Below, one piece after another: positions 61,970 through 64,000 of a stretch of DNA of 64,000 bases. The first letter of the stretch is position 1; each line of letters opens with the position of its first letter. The position numbers and the translations under genes were made by a program. The stretch lies in assembly GCF_988243305.1 (NCBI RefSeq), contig NZ_OZ547136.1; one strand, given 5' to 3'. Below the pieces are notes generated by a model. That model was not told the DNA's origin, ran no database searches, and was given only the letters and a program-made list of their open reading frames with translations.

Positions 61970-63100
61970 ATGGCATATACCACCTTTTCACAGACGAAAA
62001 ATGATCAGCTCAAAGAACCGATGTTCTTTGGTCAGCCGGTCAACGTGGCTCGCTACGATCAGCAAAAATATGACATCTTCGAAAAGCTGATCGAAAAGCA
62101 GCTCTCTTTCTTCTGGCGTCCGGAAGAAGTTGACGTTTCTCGTGACCGTATCGATTACCAGGCACTGCCTGAACACGAAAAACACATCTTTATCAGCAAC
62201 CTGAAATATCAGACGCTGCTGGACTCCATTCAGGGTCGCAGCCCGAACGTGGCACTGCTGCCGCTGATCTCGATCCCTGAACTGGAAACCTGGGTCGAAA
62301 CCTGGGCGTTCTCAGAAACCATTCACTCTCGTTCTTATACCCATATCATTCGTAATATCGTTAACGATCCGTCCGTTGTGTTTGATGATATCGTCACCAA
62401 CGAGCAGATCCAGAAACGTGCGGAAGGGATCTCCAGTTATTACGATGAGCTGATCGAAATGACCAGCTACTGGCATCTGCTGGGCGAAGGTACCCACACC
62501 GTTAACGGTAAAACCGTAACCGTTAGCCTGCGCGAGCTGAAGAAAAAACTGTATCTCTGCCTGATGAGCGTTAACGCGCTGGAAGCGATCCGCTTCTACG
62601 TCAGCTTTGCTTGTTCCTTTGCCTTTGCAGAACGCGAACTGATGGAAGGTAACGCCAAAATTATTCGCCTGATTGCCCGCGACGAAGCCCTGCACCTGAC
62701 CGGTACTCAGCATATGCTGAATCTGCTGCGCAGCGGTGCGGATGATCCGGAGATGGCGGAAATTGCCGAAGAATGTAAGCAGGAGTGCTATGACCTGTTT
62801 GTCCAGGCGGCACAGCAAGAGAAAGACTGGGCGGATTATCTGTTCCGCGACGGTTCGATGATTGGTCTGAATAAAGACATTCTCTGCCAGTACGTTGAAT
62901 ACATCACCAATATCCGCATGCAGGCAGTCGGTTTGGATCTGCCGTTCCAGACGCGCTCCAACCCGATCCCGTGGATCAATACCTGGCTGGTGTCTGATAA
63001 CGTGCAGGTTGCTCCGCAGGAAGTGGAAGTCAGTTCTTATCTGGTCGGGCAGATTGACTCGGAAGTGGACACCGACGATTTGAGTAACTTCCAGCTCTGA
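61970..63100 (+). CDS. nrdB: Class Ia ribonucleotide reductase beta subunit NrdB
   Basis: 376-aa [58 protein letters not shown]. Confidence 0.97.
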
Positions 63101-63354
63101 TGGCTCGCGTTACCCTGCGCATCACTGGCACACAACTGCTGTGCCAGGATGAACACCCTTCCCTTCTGGCGGCGCTGGAATCCCACAATGTGGCGGTTGA
63201 GTACCAGTGCCGCGAAGGTTACTGCGGTTCCTGTCGCACGCGCCTTGTTGCAGGCCAGGTGGACTGGATTGCCGAACCGTTAGCCTTTATTCAGCCGGGG
63301 GAAATTTTGCCTTGTTGTTGCCGGGCAAAAGGCGATATTGAAATCGAGTTGTGA
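63100..63354 (+). CDS. yfaE: 2Fe-2S ferredoxin YfaE (NrdB maintenance)
   Basis: 84-aa ORF with ferredoxin cysteine pattern (CREGYCGSC ... CCC); 1-nt overlap with the nrdB stop. Confidence 0.92.
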   Translation: MARVTLRITGTQLLCQDEHPSLLAALESHNVAVEYQCREGYCGSCRTRLVAGQVDWIAEPLAFIQPGEILPCCCRAKGDIEIEL

Positions 63355-63366
63355 TCGGGTACTAGC

Positions 63367-63398
63367 GCCAGATACGACGCTTACGCGTATTATCTGGC
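63367..63398. repeat. REP-like palindrome / putative bidirectional terminator between yfaE and inaA
   Basis: GCCAGATA ... TATCTGGC inverted repeat (8-bp arms, 16-nt loop). Confidence 0.5.
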
Positions 63399-63407
63399 CT
63401 ACAACGA

Positions 63408-64000
63408 TTACATGGCGTAGTAATACGCTTTCACCTGCTCCCAGTCCGCTTTGGGGATCGGCTCCAGATATTTTTCCAGCTGGCGGAAGTCATGATTAAT
63501 CGCTTTATCGCGACGCAAGCGGCGACGACTTTTCTCCAGATCAAGAAATCCAGCTTCTGCCTTACCTTCTGTTTTCACATAGATATGGCGAACATAGCAA
63601 CAGCCATGCTGACGATTAACGCTATGCATTTTCTTAAACGCCAGCGCCACTGCTTTCAACATGGCTTGCCGTACTTCGTCAGAATAGGGCGTTACTGCAT
63701 GCCGGGCATACCAGTCAGCAATGCTGATGAACCCCGCCATATCTTCAGTCACCAGCAACGCGCGCCATTCCCCCTCAATTTTCACCGCTTCACCAAAAAC
63801 AATCTTCGGCACGATGACACCAGCCCGTTCCAGTTCTTTAATTACCGCAACCTCACGGACAATCGTTGGTCGGCCGAACGGATAACGTACGGAATGAAAC
63901 AGATGATGCGTCATGCGCTTTACATATAGCTTTTTGCCGTTGCGCTCGACGCATTGCACCCCGCTCATACCATTACGGCGATAGTTAGGCTCTTCAACCC
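63408..64000 (-). CDS. inaA: Acid-inducible putative lipopolysaccharide kinase InaA; N-terminus lies beyond window end
   Basis: Minus-strand ORF open to the window edge; visible portion ..MSGVQCVERNGKKLYVKRMTHHLFHSVRYPFGRPTIVREV ... KAYYYAM recognised as InaA. Confidence 0.88.
   Translation of the reverse strand, partial: VEEPNYRRNGMSGVQCVERNGKKLYVKRMTHHLFHSVRYPFGRPTIVREVAVIKELERAGVIVPKIVFGEAVKIEGEWRALLVTEDMAGFISIADWYARHAVTPYSDEVRQAMLKAVALAFKKMHSVNRQHGCCYVRHIYVKTEGKAEAGFLDLEKSRRRLRRDKAINHDFRQLEKYLEPIPKADWEQVKAYYYAM

Overview
This window reads as an Escherichia coli chromosomal segment collinear with the K-12 backbone from yejK to inaA. Gene names and comparisons to K-12 are recalled from memory; no database search or alignment was run. 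Gene order: yejK(partial)-yejL-yejM-proL(tRNA-Pro)-yejO-narP-ccmHGFEDCBA-napCBHGADF-eco-mqo-yojI-alkB-ada-apbE-ompC/micF-rcsD-rcsB-rcsC-atoSC-atoDAEB-yfaP-yfaQ-yfaS-yfaT-yfaA-gyrA-ubiG-yfaL-nrdA-nrdB-yfaE-inaA(partial). All long ORFs are accounted for by these genes, and intergenic gaps hold promoters, REP/BIME repeats and terminators. I found no IS element, prophage, integrase, CRISPR array or inserted island (including at proL), so I do not think the window contains a novel system. The most notable observations are: (1) gyrA carries the quinolone-resistance substitution S83L, read directly from the sequence; (2) the alpha-2-macroglobulin-like gene yfaS is an intact 1539-codon ORF inside the poorly characterised yfaP-yfaQ-yfaS-yfaT-yfaA cluster; (3) the yejO-narP spacer has no IS5 and ompC is a 375-codon allele, both pointing to a non-K-12 strain; (4) several regulatory sites are directly readable (AtoC palindrome plus sigma-54 promoter at atoD, NarL/NarP 7-2-7 site at napF, DnaA boxes at nrdA, OmpR site at ompC, Ada box at ada).
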